NCBI GenBank assembly: GCA_964515375.1
Contig: CAZERF010000001.1
Coordinates: 181,243 to 239,949 of the forward strand
Length of the DNA stretch: 58,707 nt
From: an uncultured Candidatus Saccharibacteria bacterium
Lineage (GTDB): Bacteria; Patescibacteriota; Minisyncoccia; Phycocordibacterales; UBA6899
Reading direction: 5' to 3'
A program made the position numbers and the translations under genes. Positions 35,856 through 45,871 of this stretch are shown piece by piece. Each line of letters starts with the position of its first letter. Position 1 is the stretch's first letter. Under the pieces are notes generated by a model. The model saw only the letters and a list, made by a program, of their open reading frames with translations. It was not told the origin of the DNA and ran no database searches.

Positions 35856-37676
35856 CTAGCTTAGACCTTTCATTCCCGTCTTTTTGATCATTCCCGAAAG
35901 CGGCATAACAACATGGAAGGTCGTACCCTGATTCTCTTCCGATTCAAACCAAATGCGACCGTTTGAAGACTCCACAACCGCCTTGACGATATACATTCCA
36001 AGCCCTGTCCCTTCGGTGTCCTTCTGCCGAACGTTGTCGGCACGGAAAAGCTTCTCGAACATCTTGCCATGCTGAGATTTGGGAATACCGTAACCATTAT
36101 CAGACACACGAATATAGAGCTGATTCTCGCGTGCGGCGATTTCGACAGCGATATGCCCTCCGGGTTGTGTGTATTTGACCGAATTGGAGAGGAAATTTTG
36201 GAAGACAATACGAATGAGTTTGGAGTCCGCAAGATAGGTTTCCGGTGCGGCAGAGAAGATACGTTCCACCGTCTGTCCTTTTTCGTTGATCTGTGGAGTG
36301 AGTTCCATGAGAACCGAATCACAGATCTCGGTGAGTGAAACAGGCTCCGGCTCGACAGCAAAGGTACCAAGATCGATGCGAGAGACATTGAGAAGGGCAT
36401 TCACGAGATCCACCATGCGCAAGTTCCCGGCGTAGATTTCCTTCACGTACTGTTTCTGCTTCTCGTTCAACTCCCCGACATATTTGGAAAGAAGCATCTC
36501 CGAATACCAGCGAATAGCGGAAAGCGGCGTGCGCAGTTGATGTGAAGCAAGGGAAACGAACTCGGTCTTTGCGCGATCAACTTCCTTGCGCAAGGTAATA
36601 TCCTGACACAAACTCACAAAAAAGAGATTCTGACTTCCCTCGCGGATAGGATAGATCGACAATTCCGCCTGATAGATACTCCCGTCCTTTCGCTTGTTGG
36701 TGATCTCCTCGGTCGCAAAGGAAAGACCCGAAGTGATCTTTTCCCACATCGCGCTGTAAACCTCGGGCTTTGTTTGGCCACTTTTAAGCAAGCGCGGATT
36801 GCGACCCAATGCTTCTTCCGCGGTATAGCCGTTGAGCAATGTCCATGCGGGGTTCACATATACAATTGCACCATCGGGGCTCGTGATACTTACTGCTTCA
36901 GTCGAAGAATCGACCACCTTCTGGAACTTGCGAACGTTCTGGATCTCTTGCTCGATCTTGTTCTTTGCGTCTTCGAGTTCGTTGGTGCGAGACTCGAGCA
37001 CCTCTTGGACACGCTTGATATTCGAGACATCTTCGGTCACTCCTGAGAGTCGAGGATTCTTTCGGTCGGGCCCGGAAGAAACTTCTCCATGATCAGCGAC
37101 CCATACGTATTCTCCGTTGGCGCGACGCATGCGGTATTCGATGGAGTACTCAGGTGTCCGGCGATCGAGATGAAACTCCATGGCCCGCTTCACCCCATCT
37201 ACGTCTTCCGGGTGGATGCTTGTGAACCAAAATTCGAGATCTTCGACACGAGCGCGATCGCCATAACCAAGCATCGCCATCATGCGCGCGGAAAAGTATA
37301 CTTGGTGCGCCTCGATATCAATATCCCAAAAACCAAGATGAGAACCGGACAACGCGCGGACATAACGCTCTTCTCCTACCTCAACCGACTCCAGCGCTTG
37401 CCACGCCTTTCGAGCGAATCGGTTATATTGCGGGATCACAAGCAAGAGCATGATCCAGACCACGAGAGCTTGGAGTAACGCGACGCCACCAATGACAATG
37501 TAAGGCTCATATGGGAGTATGATCTGCGGAAGACGATATGAGAGCCATCCGAGAAGTATTCCTCCTGCGATCATTGCGAGGGGGGCAACAAAGAGTAGGA
37601 TCATCCCACCGTGCGGGCGACGGACGCGCATCATTGATCTTCGTGCTTCTTGAATAGGTTCTTGCTCCATGTACAT
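35856..37676 (-). CDS. Membrane PAS-PAS sensor histidine kinase
   Basis: 2 TMs, PAS (IHPED...EYRMRRANGEYVWV), PAS (VYVNPAW...NKRKDG), ASHQLRTPL, NSVKYT, DNGYGIP, GTGLGMY. Confidence 0.95.
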   Translation of the reverse strand: MYMEQEPIQEARRSMMRVRRPHGGMILLFVAPLAMIAGGILLGWLSYRLPQIILPYEPYIVIGGVALLQALVVWIMLLLVIPQYNRFARKAWQALESVEVGEERYVRALSGSHLGFWDIDIEAHQVYFSARMMAMLGYGDRARVEDLEFWFTSIHPEDVDGVKRAMEFHLDRRTPEYSIEYRMRRANGEYVWVADHGEVSSGPDRKNPRLSGVTEDVSNIKRVQEVLESRTNELEDAKNKIEQEIQNVRKFQKVVDSSTEAVSITSPDGAIVYVNPAWTLLNGYTAEEALGRNPRLLKSGQTKPEVYSAMWEKITSGLSFATEEITNKRKDGSIYQAELSIYPIREGSQNLFFVSLCQDITLRKEVDRAKTEFVSLASHQLRTPLSAIRWYSEMLLSKYVGELNEKQKQYVKEIYAGNLRMVDLVNALLNVSRIDLGTFAVEPEPVSLTEICDSVLMELTPQINEKGQTVERIFSAAPETYLADSKLIRIVFQNFLSNSVKYTQPGGHIAVEIAARENQLYIRVSDNGYGIPKSQHGKMFEKLFRADNVRQKDTEGTGLGMYIVKAVVESSNGRIWFESEENQGTTFHVVMPLSGMIKKTGMKGLS

Positions 37677-37844
37677 GCTCCCCTTTCAAAAAAGAGGGAA
37701 TATGCGCCCATTGTAACATGTGTTCTCGATGTCGCGAAAGCAAGTTACCCACTCTCAGGTAATAAAGCCTTGCGCTTTTAAAAAAATATTGTAGTGTTTG
37801 GGTTAGGGTTCACCGTACTTTGACGCTTACAACAGGAGGCCATC

Positions 37845-39236
37845 ATGGCACGCCGCTCTACGAAAAAGCCTGGACCGAAACTGTACGTCCTCGATACCAA
37901 CGTGCTCATGCACGATCCGACGAGCCTGTATCGCTTTGACGAGCATGATCTCTTCATTTCAATGACGGTCCTCGAAGAAATGGACCGCAACAAAAAGGGT
38001 CACAACGAGGTCAATCGCAACACACGCCAAGCGTGTCGTGCACTCGAGGAGATCATTTCCGACGAGACGCAAATCGCCAAAGGGTTCCCCCTTCTGGCGC
38101 CGTCGCGAGGACAAGCGAGCGGAACACTGTTCCTGCAAACAGACGCGCTTACCGCGAAACTTCCGGCAAGTCTTCCGAACGGAAGTGGGGACAACCAGAT
38201 CCTTGGCACTATCCTTGGACTCAAGGAAAAGTTCCCCGATCGTGACGTGATCCTGGTGTCAAAAGACATCAACATGCGCATCAAGGCGCGGGCGCTCGGT
38301 ATTTCCGCACAGGACTACCGAAACGACAAGGTTCTCGAGGATGCCGATGTTCTCTATACGGGATCAATGGAACTTCCTCCGGATTTTTGGGAAACACACA
38401 GTAAGCACATGGAGTCATGGAAAGAGGGTGAACACACCTTCTACCGTCTCTCCGGACCACTCACGCAGGATATGCTTGTCAATGAGTTTCTCTTCCAAGA
38501 GGAGTTTGCAGCCAAAGTATTGAAGCGCGAAGGTCCCATCGTAACGTTACGCACTCTGACGGACTTCACACACGAAAAGAACAACGTCTGGGGCATCGCC
38601 GCGCGCAATCGCGAGCAAAACTTTGCGCTCAACCTCCTCATGGATTACGATGTCGACTTCGTCACACTGCTCGGCCAAGCCGGTACCGGCAAGACCCTGC
38701 TCACGCTCGCCGCTGGACTGACACAGATGCTTGATCTCAAGCGCTATAGTGAGATCATCATGACCCGGGTCACCGTCCCCGTCGGCGAAGACATCGGCTT
38801 TCTCCCCGGCACGGAGGAAGAGAAAATGGCACCATGGATGGGCGCGCTTGAGGACAATCTTGACGTACTGAATGGGAACTCGGAGTCAGGAGAATGGGGT
38901 CGTGCGGCAACAAAAGACCTTATCCGCTCACGCCTCAAGGTCAAGAGTTTGAACTTCATGCGCGGACGCACGTTCCTCAACAAGTACTTGATCATCGATG
39001 AGGCGCAGAACCTGACGCCGAAGCAGATGAAGACACTGATCACACGCGCGGGGCCGGGAACGAAGGTGGTATGTCTGGGCAATATCGCTCAGATCGACAC
39101 CCCCTACCTCACCGAGGGCTCGTCAGGGCTCACATACGCGGTTGATCGTATGAAGGGATGGGAACACAACGGACACGTCACTCTGCAACGCGGCGAACGC
39201 TCCCGCCTTGCGGACTACGCAGCCGAAGTGCTCTGA
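37845..39236 (+). CDS. PIN-PhoH (PhoH2/YlaK-type) protein
   Basis: YVLDTNVLMHDP (PIN), SKDINMRIKA, GQAGTGKT, FMRGRTF, IIDEAQNLT, RSRLA. SD AGGAGG. Confidence 0.95.
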   Translation: MARRSTKKPGPKLYVLDTNVLMHDPTSLYRFDEHDLFISMTVLEEMDRNKKGHNEVNRNTRQACRALEEIISDETQIAKGFPLLAPSRGQASGTLFLQTDALTAKLPASLPNGSGDNQILGTILGLKEKFPDRDVILVSKDINMRIKARALGISAQDYRNDKVLEDADVLYTGSMELPPDFWETHSKHMESWKEGEHTFYRLSGPLTQDMLVNEFLFQEEFAAKVLKREGPIVTLRTLTDFTHEKNNVWGIAARNREQNFALNLLMDYDVDFVTLLGQAGTGKTLLTLAAGLTQMLDLKRYSEIIMTRVTVPVGEDIGFLPGTEEEKMAPWMGALEDNLDVLNGNSESGEWGRAATKDLIRSRLKVKSLNFMRGRTFLNKYLIIDEAQNLTPKQMKTLITRAGPGTKVVCLGNIAQIDTPYLTEGSSGLTYAVDRMKGWEHNGHVTLQRGERSRLADYAAEVL

Positions 39237-39262
39237 TATCTTTTCTCCTGTTGTTGAACAAG

Positions 39263-39287
39263 AACAGCCGGGCATCACCCGGCTGTT
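39263..39287. terminator. Bidirectional terminator
   Basis: AACAGCCGGG-CATCA-CCCGGCTGTT between convergent genes. Confidence 0.8.
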
Positions 39288-39312
39288 TTCTTTTTTCATG
39301 ATCAGGTCGTAA

Positions 39313-40587
39313 CTATCCGAACATGAGCGAATACGCGACAAGTCCTCCGCTGTCAGGAATGAGCTCAATCGTATGTTCACCATAACCGGTTTGATCGGTG
39401 ACGATCTCGTAAACTCGCGCATCTTTTACATAAAAGACACTCTCCCCTTTCTCGAAACGGAGATCTTCGCCCGCGGCACTTTCAGGGACCGGTGCGCCGT
39501 CGCGGAGAACCTTCACACGCATCAACTTTTCTCCCGAAAATGTTCCAAACACATCTTTTGCTTTGTAGCGATATTGAAGCGAGGATGCCTCTGTCATTCC
39601 CTGCGCATACTCTTTCGTAAAATTCCAACTCCCTACCGGCGCAAGCGTATTGAGCGGAAGCATCGTTGGTGTCGAAAAATTCTGGATTCCCTCCTTGAGC
39701 GCGACCCCGCCTAAAAGCGGAGAATTACGCGTTGACCCAAAGAATGCTTCCCCACTTCCAAGCTTGGCGGTGTCGGTCACAAAAGCATCCTTAGGTACCG
39801 CAAATGAGGCAGGGGTGAATGGTACACCAAGTCGCTTCGCGCGTAGGGTGAGCAGTTCGGCGATCCTTGCCTCCGTGGCTTCGAACGAAGCGTCTCCCGC
39901 GCGCTCGTGAACAACGCGTCCATCAATGTCGATGAGGTAACGATATGGCCACACCTTATTTTTGTACGCACTCCACGTGGTATAACCGTTGTCCAGAACG
40001 ATCGGATAGGTCATTCCTCGTGCCGCCGCAACCTTATCAACAACGGTTTTTGAGCGTTCGTACGCAAATTGAGGCGTGTGCACCGCAACAACAAGCAGTC
40101 CGTCCTTTGCGTAAAGCGCGTGCCAGCGATTGAGATACGGGAGCGTACGGATCGAAGAGACAGAAGAGGTTGTCCAGAACTCAAGGAGGATGACCTTTTT
40201 GCCGATATATTTCCCCAACGTGAACTCCTCGGTCGAAAGCAGACCGAGTGACTCGATATTCGTGAATCCCGTCGGGCGAACCAATTCGGGCGCCTTCCAT
40301 CCCAAACTTGAGGTCGTTGGCGTCGGCTGAGGTTTAGTGGCGGCAGATGTTGAGGGCGTCACTGTGGGGCGAACGACAGGAATCGAGGCACCGGGCGAGG
40401 TGGTCGTAGGTACGATCGGAGTAGTACTCGAAACAAGCGCTTCTGAGGTTGTGCTTGCGGTCAATGTGGCCATCTCAGGGTCTTGAGGAGAAGAAACTCC
40501 TCGACCTCCTCCGATCAAGGACATGACAAGAACACCGAGGAGGAATGAACCCAAACCAAGAGCGAGTGATGCACGTGATATGTGCAT
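39313..40587 (-). CDS. DipZ-like thioredoxin/redoxin protein lacking CxxC
   Basis: TM + T/P linker; EFWTTSSVSSIRTLPYL, VAVHTPQFAYE, VLDNGYTTW..YKNKVWPYRYLID; DipZ-like C-terminal domain. Confidence 0.85.
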   Translation of the reverse strand: MHISRASLALGLGSFLLGVLVMSLIGGGRGVSSPQDPEMATLTASTTSEALVSSTTPIVPTTTSPGASIPVVRPTVTPSTSAATKPQPTPTTSSLGWKAPELVRPTGFTNIESLGLLSTEEFTLGKYIGKKVILLEFWTTSSVSSIRTLPYLNRWHALYAKDGLLVVAVHTPQFAYERSKTVVDKVAAARGMTYPIVLDNGYTTWSAYKNKVWPYRYLIDIDGRVVHERAGDASFEATEARIAELLTLRAKRLGVPFTPASFAVPKDAFVTDTAKLGSGEAFFGSTRNSPLLGGVALKEGIQNFSTPTMLPLNTLAPVGSWNFTKEYAQGMTEASSLQYRYKAKDVFGTFSGEKLMRVKVLRDGAPVPESAAGEDLRFEKGESVFYVKDARVYEIVTDQTGYGEHTIELIPDSGGLVAYSLMFG

Positions 40588-40629
40588 AATAGAAAAATAA
40601 CGAATGAATGATAAAGATGAAAGATCAGA

Positions 40630-41697
40630 TCAAATGTCACCGGAGAATAATCCGATGGCCGAATTGAGTACAAGAAGCACAACAATAATAGCGAGCAGGA
40701 GGAATCCGTTCAAAATGAGGTGGGGAAATTGAACACGAAAATGAACGAACACCGCGAGCACAAGCGCAATAAGCACAAGCGTGGCAATGACAAGGAGGGT
40801 GCGCTCGATCATTGTGCCTGGAGATGCCAAAAACCTCTCAACGACCCCTGCCGACGAAGATGCGACGGTTGCAGGAGGTAGGAGTGACGCTTGGGCGGTA
40901 TTCACACCAGCAACGAGCGGAGCCGAAGTCGCCATACGCAGTGTTGGGGTTGCGAAAGCATAGCTTGGCGAGAGAGGAGCTTCTGAGGCGGGCTCAGCGC
41001 GTACAGGAAGAGGCGGGGGTGGAGTCGTCGCACCCAAGACCGGCGCGACTTCCTCACGTGGCGAAACACGTGGTGCCGAAGTGGGGGTTGAAACAGGTAC
41101 GGGAACGCGCTCATCTCTTGCAACACGTGCAGGACGTCCGAATTCTTGCACCACAAAGATCGCCTCGCGACCCTTATACATTCCGCGCGCGGTTGCAATC
41201 CCGATTTCTGTATATGTTCCGTTCATGATGTTGGCACGATGTGTCGGAGAACGAAGCCACGCACTTGTCACGTCACGCGAGTCAGTGAAGTTGACCGCGA
41301 GGTTCTCCCCCGCCGCGGCATATTCGTACCCCGCTTCGCGAAACCAATGCCATGGAGTCGTACCGTCGGGCGACTCATGCGCAAAGTATCCCTTCGTAGC
41401 CATATCATCCGCCTTCATCTGTGCGGCGATCGTGAGCTTTTCGTTCACAGTGAGGCCGTGGAGTTGCTCTCCCGATCGCGCTTCATTGGTTTGCTCGACA
41501 AGAACAGAAGAAAAGATCGCGGCCAAGTATCCACTTCCCGGCAATACAACAAAAGAAACAAGAAGGTAAATAACCTCAAGCAAAAGAATGACTCCAAGGA
41601 TCCCGGCGACAACACGCAGGCGCAAGAAATGCGGTTGATAGGCATTGCGCTCGGAGGGGATGAAGTGCTCGTGCAGAAACTGTCGCCACTTTTTCAC
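40630..41697 (-). CDS. CAP (SCP) domain membrane protein
   Basis: AAQMKADDMATKGYFAHESPDG, AGENLA, WLRSPTHRANIMN, EIGIA; N- and C-terminal TMs. Confidence 0.92.
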   Translation of the reverse strand: MKKWRQFLHEHFIPSERNAYQPHFLRLRVVAGILGVILLLEVIYLLVSFVVLPGSGYLAAIFSSVLVEQTNEARSGEQLHGLTVNEKLTIAAQMKADDMATKGYFAHESPDGTTPWHWFREAGYEYAAAGENLAVNFTDSRDVTSAWLRSPTHRANIMNGTYTEIGIATARGMYKGREAIFVVQEFGRPARVARDERVPVPVSTPTSAPRVSPREEVAPVLGATTPPPPLPVRAEPASEAPLSPSYAFATPTLRMATSAPLVAGVNTAQASLLPPATVASSSAGVVERFLASPGTMIERTLLVIATLVLIALVLAVFVHFRVQFPHLILNGFLLLAIIVVLLVLNSAIGLFSGDI

Positions 41698-41802
41698 CAG
41701 TCAATCATAACACGCGAGACACAAGACAACAATGCTCTGCCGTATTCCTCAAAAAGACAAAAACCCCTTTATTTCAAGGGGTTTTTGGATACCATCAAGA
41801 TA

Positions 41803-43953
41803 TTACGGTTGGGGTATCTCTGGCATCGGGATGTTCAGACTCGAACACTTGATCATGTTGATCGCGCGCTTGGTTGTCTTGAAGACATAGCCCGTACCTT
41901 GATCGAGCGTTCTTGGCGAGTGCCCCGCTGTAATCCACGGTTCGATGGTCTCAGCACGATGAGCAACCTGAAACTTCTTGACCCACTCATGCGTGAGCTT
42001 GCCGAAAAATCCGGTGACAGGGAGTCCCGCATTCACCTGCTCATTCAAGAATTCTTGCAAGAGTTTCACTTGTTCCGGGTCGTTTGCGCGACCATAGCGC
42101 AAGTGATCACGCAAATACTCGCCGCAACTCGCGGGAAGCGGTAGATCTTCCGCGACGGTCGCAGCACCCAAGACCTCACCCTCCGACGCACCTCCGGTCA
42201 CGACTTCCTCCGGTGCGGGAGTTGCAGAATGAGGATAAACACACTGTCCGTCATTTTTGTTCGCAAGTCTGTTGTAATTGAGCGCATTCGGATCGGTACA
42301 TCCGTAGTAGTCGAAGGTAGAACTTCCCCCACCCCCACCTCCGGATGGCATCGGCTTGTCGTCGTTCGTTACGATGCAGGTCTTCTGTTCCCACTCCGCG
42401 AGCGCGCCACGACATCCTTCGTCATAAGACACGGTGTAGTGTTCGTGAGGCGCTTCAACCACGTTGTAGGAAACAGCTCCGTCTTGGTCAAGGTCCAGAT
42501 CCTCAAAGTTGAAGTAGATATCTGTCCCCACATCGTTTGCGTTAAAGAAGCCGGTCGGAGCATAGAGCTTGAGCATCAACGCATGAGCGGTCTTGGCGCC
42601 AAAGAGCGAGCGCAATGCGGCAACGATGATCGGCATCTCTTCCTCATCAACATTCACGCGAATAGTGAAGTCGGACGCGACGGCAGTTCTTCCGTTGTCA
42701 TTTACTACATGCTTGATGACCGTAAGCATCGCGGCATCACAGGCATCACCCTTGCCGTCCTCATCACCGTCTTTTTGACCAAGGTTCGGCGCAAGCGGAC
42801 AATTGTCGACGTCATCGTTCACGGTATCGTTATCATTGTCGGTATCACAAACATCACCGATACCATCTCCATCGGAATCTTTTTGGTCTGAGTTTGCAAC
42901 AAGCGGGCAATTGTCGGTGGTGTCATTCACTTCGTCAGCATCGTCATCCGTATCACACACGTCGCCCACACCATCGCCGTCTGTGTCTTTCTGGTCAGCA
43001 TTCGATGTTGCAGGGCAATTGTCGACATCATCATTCACGCCATCCTCGTCGGTGTCAACAGAAGGAGGTGGAGGAACACACGCATTGTGTGTCACGTCGA
43101 GACGATAAAAGAGTCCCGCGGGGTTTGCGTGAGGATCTTCCGTCGGAGCGGCAAGATTGCCCGCTTCAACGCGGATCTCATTTGCTCCCTGTGCAAAAAG
43201 CGCAGGGGGAACAGAAACCGTGTTCGCGCTTGCGTAATTGGCTCCGCCATTCTCAGGAGAAGCGACAACCTCCGTTCCATTCAAGGAGAAACGATAGGTA
43301 TTGTCGGCCGCGATCGAAAGGCTTGCACCTGTGACTGTTCCGGTGAGCGAAAAGGCCTTCTTGAATGTCTTGGTTTCCGCGCTTGAGGGGAACTCTACTT
43401 CATAAGAACTCCAGATCCACTTGGCGGCATCGACCACGGCGGTCCACGCCGGATGCGTCCACGTCTCTACCGCAGAAGGATCTCCCTCCATCACGACCGT
43501 GTTGGAAGTGTCAGAAACAACATAGAAGGACGAGACGGTTTCAGTGCAAAGCGGTGCGGGGACAAACGCCGCGCAATCGGAGTCGAGGAGGTCGACGAGT
43601 TCGTCCCCGTCATTATCAAGACCATCCTTGCACAATGCCTCCGTGTTCTCAAGAGCGGGAAGAAATGCGGCGCAATCGGAGTCGCTGAGATCAATCACCC
43701 CATCGGTATCATTGTCGATACCATCCGAACACAACTCAAGCGTGTTCTCGACAGCAAGAGGAAGCTCACATGCGTCACCCACACCGTCATCATCAGCGTC
43801 TTCTTGTCCCGGATTCGCGACAAGAGGACAGTTGTCGGTGGTGTCAGGAACGCCATCCTCGTCGGAATCAACGACAAGAACCTCACACGCATCACCTATC
43901 CCGTCGGCATCAGCGTCCACCTGATCAGGATTTACGTTTGCGGGGCAATTATC
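41803..43953 (-). pseudogene. C-terminal part of frameshifted surface protein (TSP3 repeats, beta-sandwiches, prealbumin-like, PG-binding)
   Basis: Frame opens at 43953 with [12 protein letters not shown]-x-D-x-DG-x-x-D-x-C repeats, CSDGIDND...DSDC x2, GCTDPNALNY, C-terminal LQEFLN...TGFFG.LT...VKKFQ. Confidence 0.75.
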
Positions 43954-44690
43954 TCACACGCATCACCCACACCATCGCCATCCGTATCCTTTTGGTCCGC
44001 GTTTGGGGTTGCGGGACAGTTGTCGGTAGTGTCAGGAGTGCCGTCATTGTCCGAGTCAACGGGAGGAGGAGTGGCGGGAATACCCGAAAGAACAAAATCT
44101 TCCAGGTAAACTTCATCCTTGTCCCCCGGAGGCGCCTTTAAATTTGCAGCAAAACGAACCTGAAAATTGGCATTATTCTCAGCACTAGAAGGCAAAGAAA
44201 GTGATCGATTTTTCCACTCCGTACTCACACCTTCATTTTCAACAACAGACCCAGTGACAGTACTCCACGAAACGCCACCATCAACGCTTATCTGCAGCTT
44301 GAGTTGATTTCCGGATTCTAATGGTTCCGTAATCCAATAAAAATACGAGACTGAAACATTAGTATACTCAACAGTCGAAACTGACTTTGTAATATAAACA
44401 AAATCTTTGTGTGATGGTGGCGCACTCACACGTGCGCTTTTATCTCCCGTAATTTTCTTTGTGGCATCCTGATGCCAACTCGAATCATTCGAATCCCAAT
44501 CCCCAAACGTATTAGACGTATTAGATTCAAAACTTGAACTCCAGATCGTGACCGGCCCAACCGCATACGCGAACGAAGGAACCAATATTGCACCGCCCAT
44601 CGAGAGATTGAGCGCAGTCATCATAAAACCGGCAAACAGCTTCGTGGAGAGACCTCCCTTCCGCTTCGAAAAGAATCGCGAATAATTCAT
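43932..44690 (-). pseudogene. N-terminal part of frameshifted surface protein
   Basis: Signal peptide ending AYA, beta-rich domain, first TSP3 repeat, then premature stop seven codons after GDAC. Confidence 0.75.
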
Positions 44691-44918
44691 AAGTATGCCG
44701 TTATGTGAGTAATATTAAATTGGGTAATGCATTTCCCCAAAGGACGGTAAACGAAAAGCCATCAGGCCTTTCGCTGTGTGTTCTGTTCGTTTTCCTCCAA
44801 GAAAAGAACGTACTTTTATTGTATCACCCCCACAGCAAACAATCAACTATCCAATTGCTGAAGTTTTTCGTCAAGGATTTGCAAAGTTCCTCAAGTACCC
44901 AAAAAACGGAGGAAGAAA

Positions 44919-44941
44919 AAGCCACCTTTCCCTGGTGGCTT
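44919..44941 (-). terminator. Terminator after GGDEF gene
   Basis: AAGCCACC/GGTGGCTT followed by a T-run on the minus strand. Confidence 0.65.
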
Positions 44942-44955
44942 ATCGAACTCCGTGA

Positions 44956-45702
44956 CTACGGAGTGGCGGCTCGAGACTGCTTCTGACGAAGCACGTCACG
45001 ACCAATGCGGTTGACCGTTTCCTCAAACAAGGTTGGCTGATCGATCGTTTCGACGCGGTACGTAAACGAGACCTTCACCGTCTCATACCCGTCATCGCCA
45101 GTACGAAGGAGGCGCAAGTTGAGTCGAGAGAAAACCTCATCTCGAAGGTATGCCATGCGACTTGAGAAAACCTCACCAGACACGCCGCCGGCAACGATAA
45201 TGAACTCATCTCCCCCTATCCGTGCGAACACATCGTCTTCACGAAGCCTCTTGCGCATCTCCTCACAAAACTTCTTGAGAACGCTGTCTCCCCCTGAATA
45301 CCCGTAGTTGGTATTGATCGACTTGAAATCATCGATATCAAGGAAACAGATACTCCCAAAAGAAGAGTTGTTGTTCTTGGATGACCATTCCCTCATGCGC
45401 GGGAGAACGATCTTTTCCATAATGACAAAAAATGTCCTCCTGTTGCAAAGTCCCGTCAATACATCGACAGAGGTTTCGTCGAATGTCTTTTCGATCCTTT
45501 TTCCAAGCTGTTGCATGATGCCATGCTCAAGCTCGGCAATTGCCTCAGGGTCCAAACCGAGGTGACCGGAAGCATTCGCAGTCCTGATGCCAATGAGAAT
45601 GTCGCGGGCGCATTTCTCTAGATATTGTTCCTTGAGGACATGAACAGGGTTTCCCAACCCCCTCTCCTCTCCGTGAGGGTGACGCCGTTCTATACTCACC
45701 AC
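44956..45702 (-). CDS. GGDEF domain protein (diguanylate cyclase)
   Basis: DVLTGLCNRR, FLDIDDFKSINTNYGYSGGD, REDDVFARIGGDEF. SD AAGGAGG before GTG at 45702. Confidence 0.92.
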   Translation of the reverse strand: MVSIERRHPHGEERGLGNPVHVLKEQYLEKCARDILIGIRTANASGHLGLDPEAIAELEHGIMQQLGKRIEKTFDETSVDVLTGLCNRRTFFVIMEKIVLPRMREWSSKNNNSSFGSICFLDIDDFKSINTNYGYSGGDSVLKKFCEEMRKRLREDDVFARIGGDEFIIVAGGVSGEVFSSRMAYLRDEVFSRLNLRLLRTGDDGYETVKVSFTYRVETIDQPTLFEETVNRIGRDVLRQKQSRAATP

Positions 45703-45871
45703 ACTGACCTCCTTGTCTTTGTTTGAGCAAAAAAGTACGGAATTCAAACCTTTTTTTATCACTTTTTTATTCATATGTCAATCAATAGAAAGGAGAATCT
45801 GTCAACATCTTGGGGCGAGCGCCTGTTGGGTATATACTAAGAATCATCACATAAACATAATCTCACTCACC

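Noticed and set aside
43930-43956. Programmed ribosomal frameshift in the TSP3 gene
   Set aside because: The new frame is open only seven codons before the stop and I see no X XXY YYZ slippery heptamer; a mutation or assembly error is more likely.
42700-44060. Recurring DNA repeats such as GCAATTGTCG and CGCGCAATCGGAGTCG as a CRISPR or DGR
   Set aside because: They are in-frame coding repeats of TSP3 and Ca-binding units with irregular spacing; no reverse transcriptase is present.
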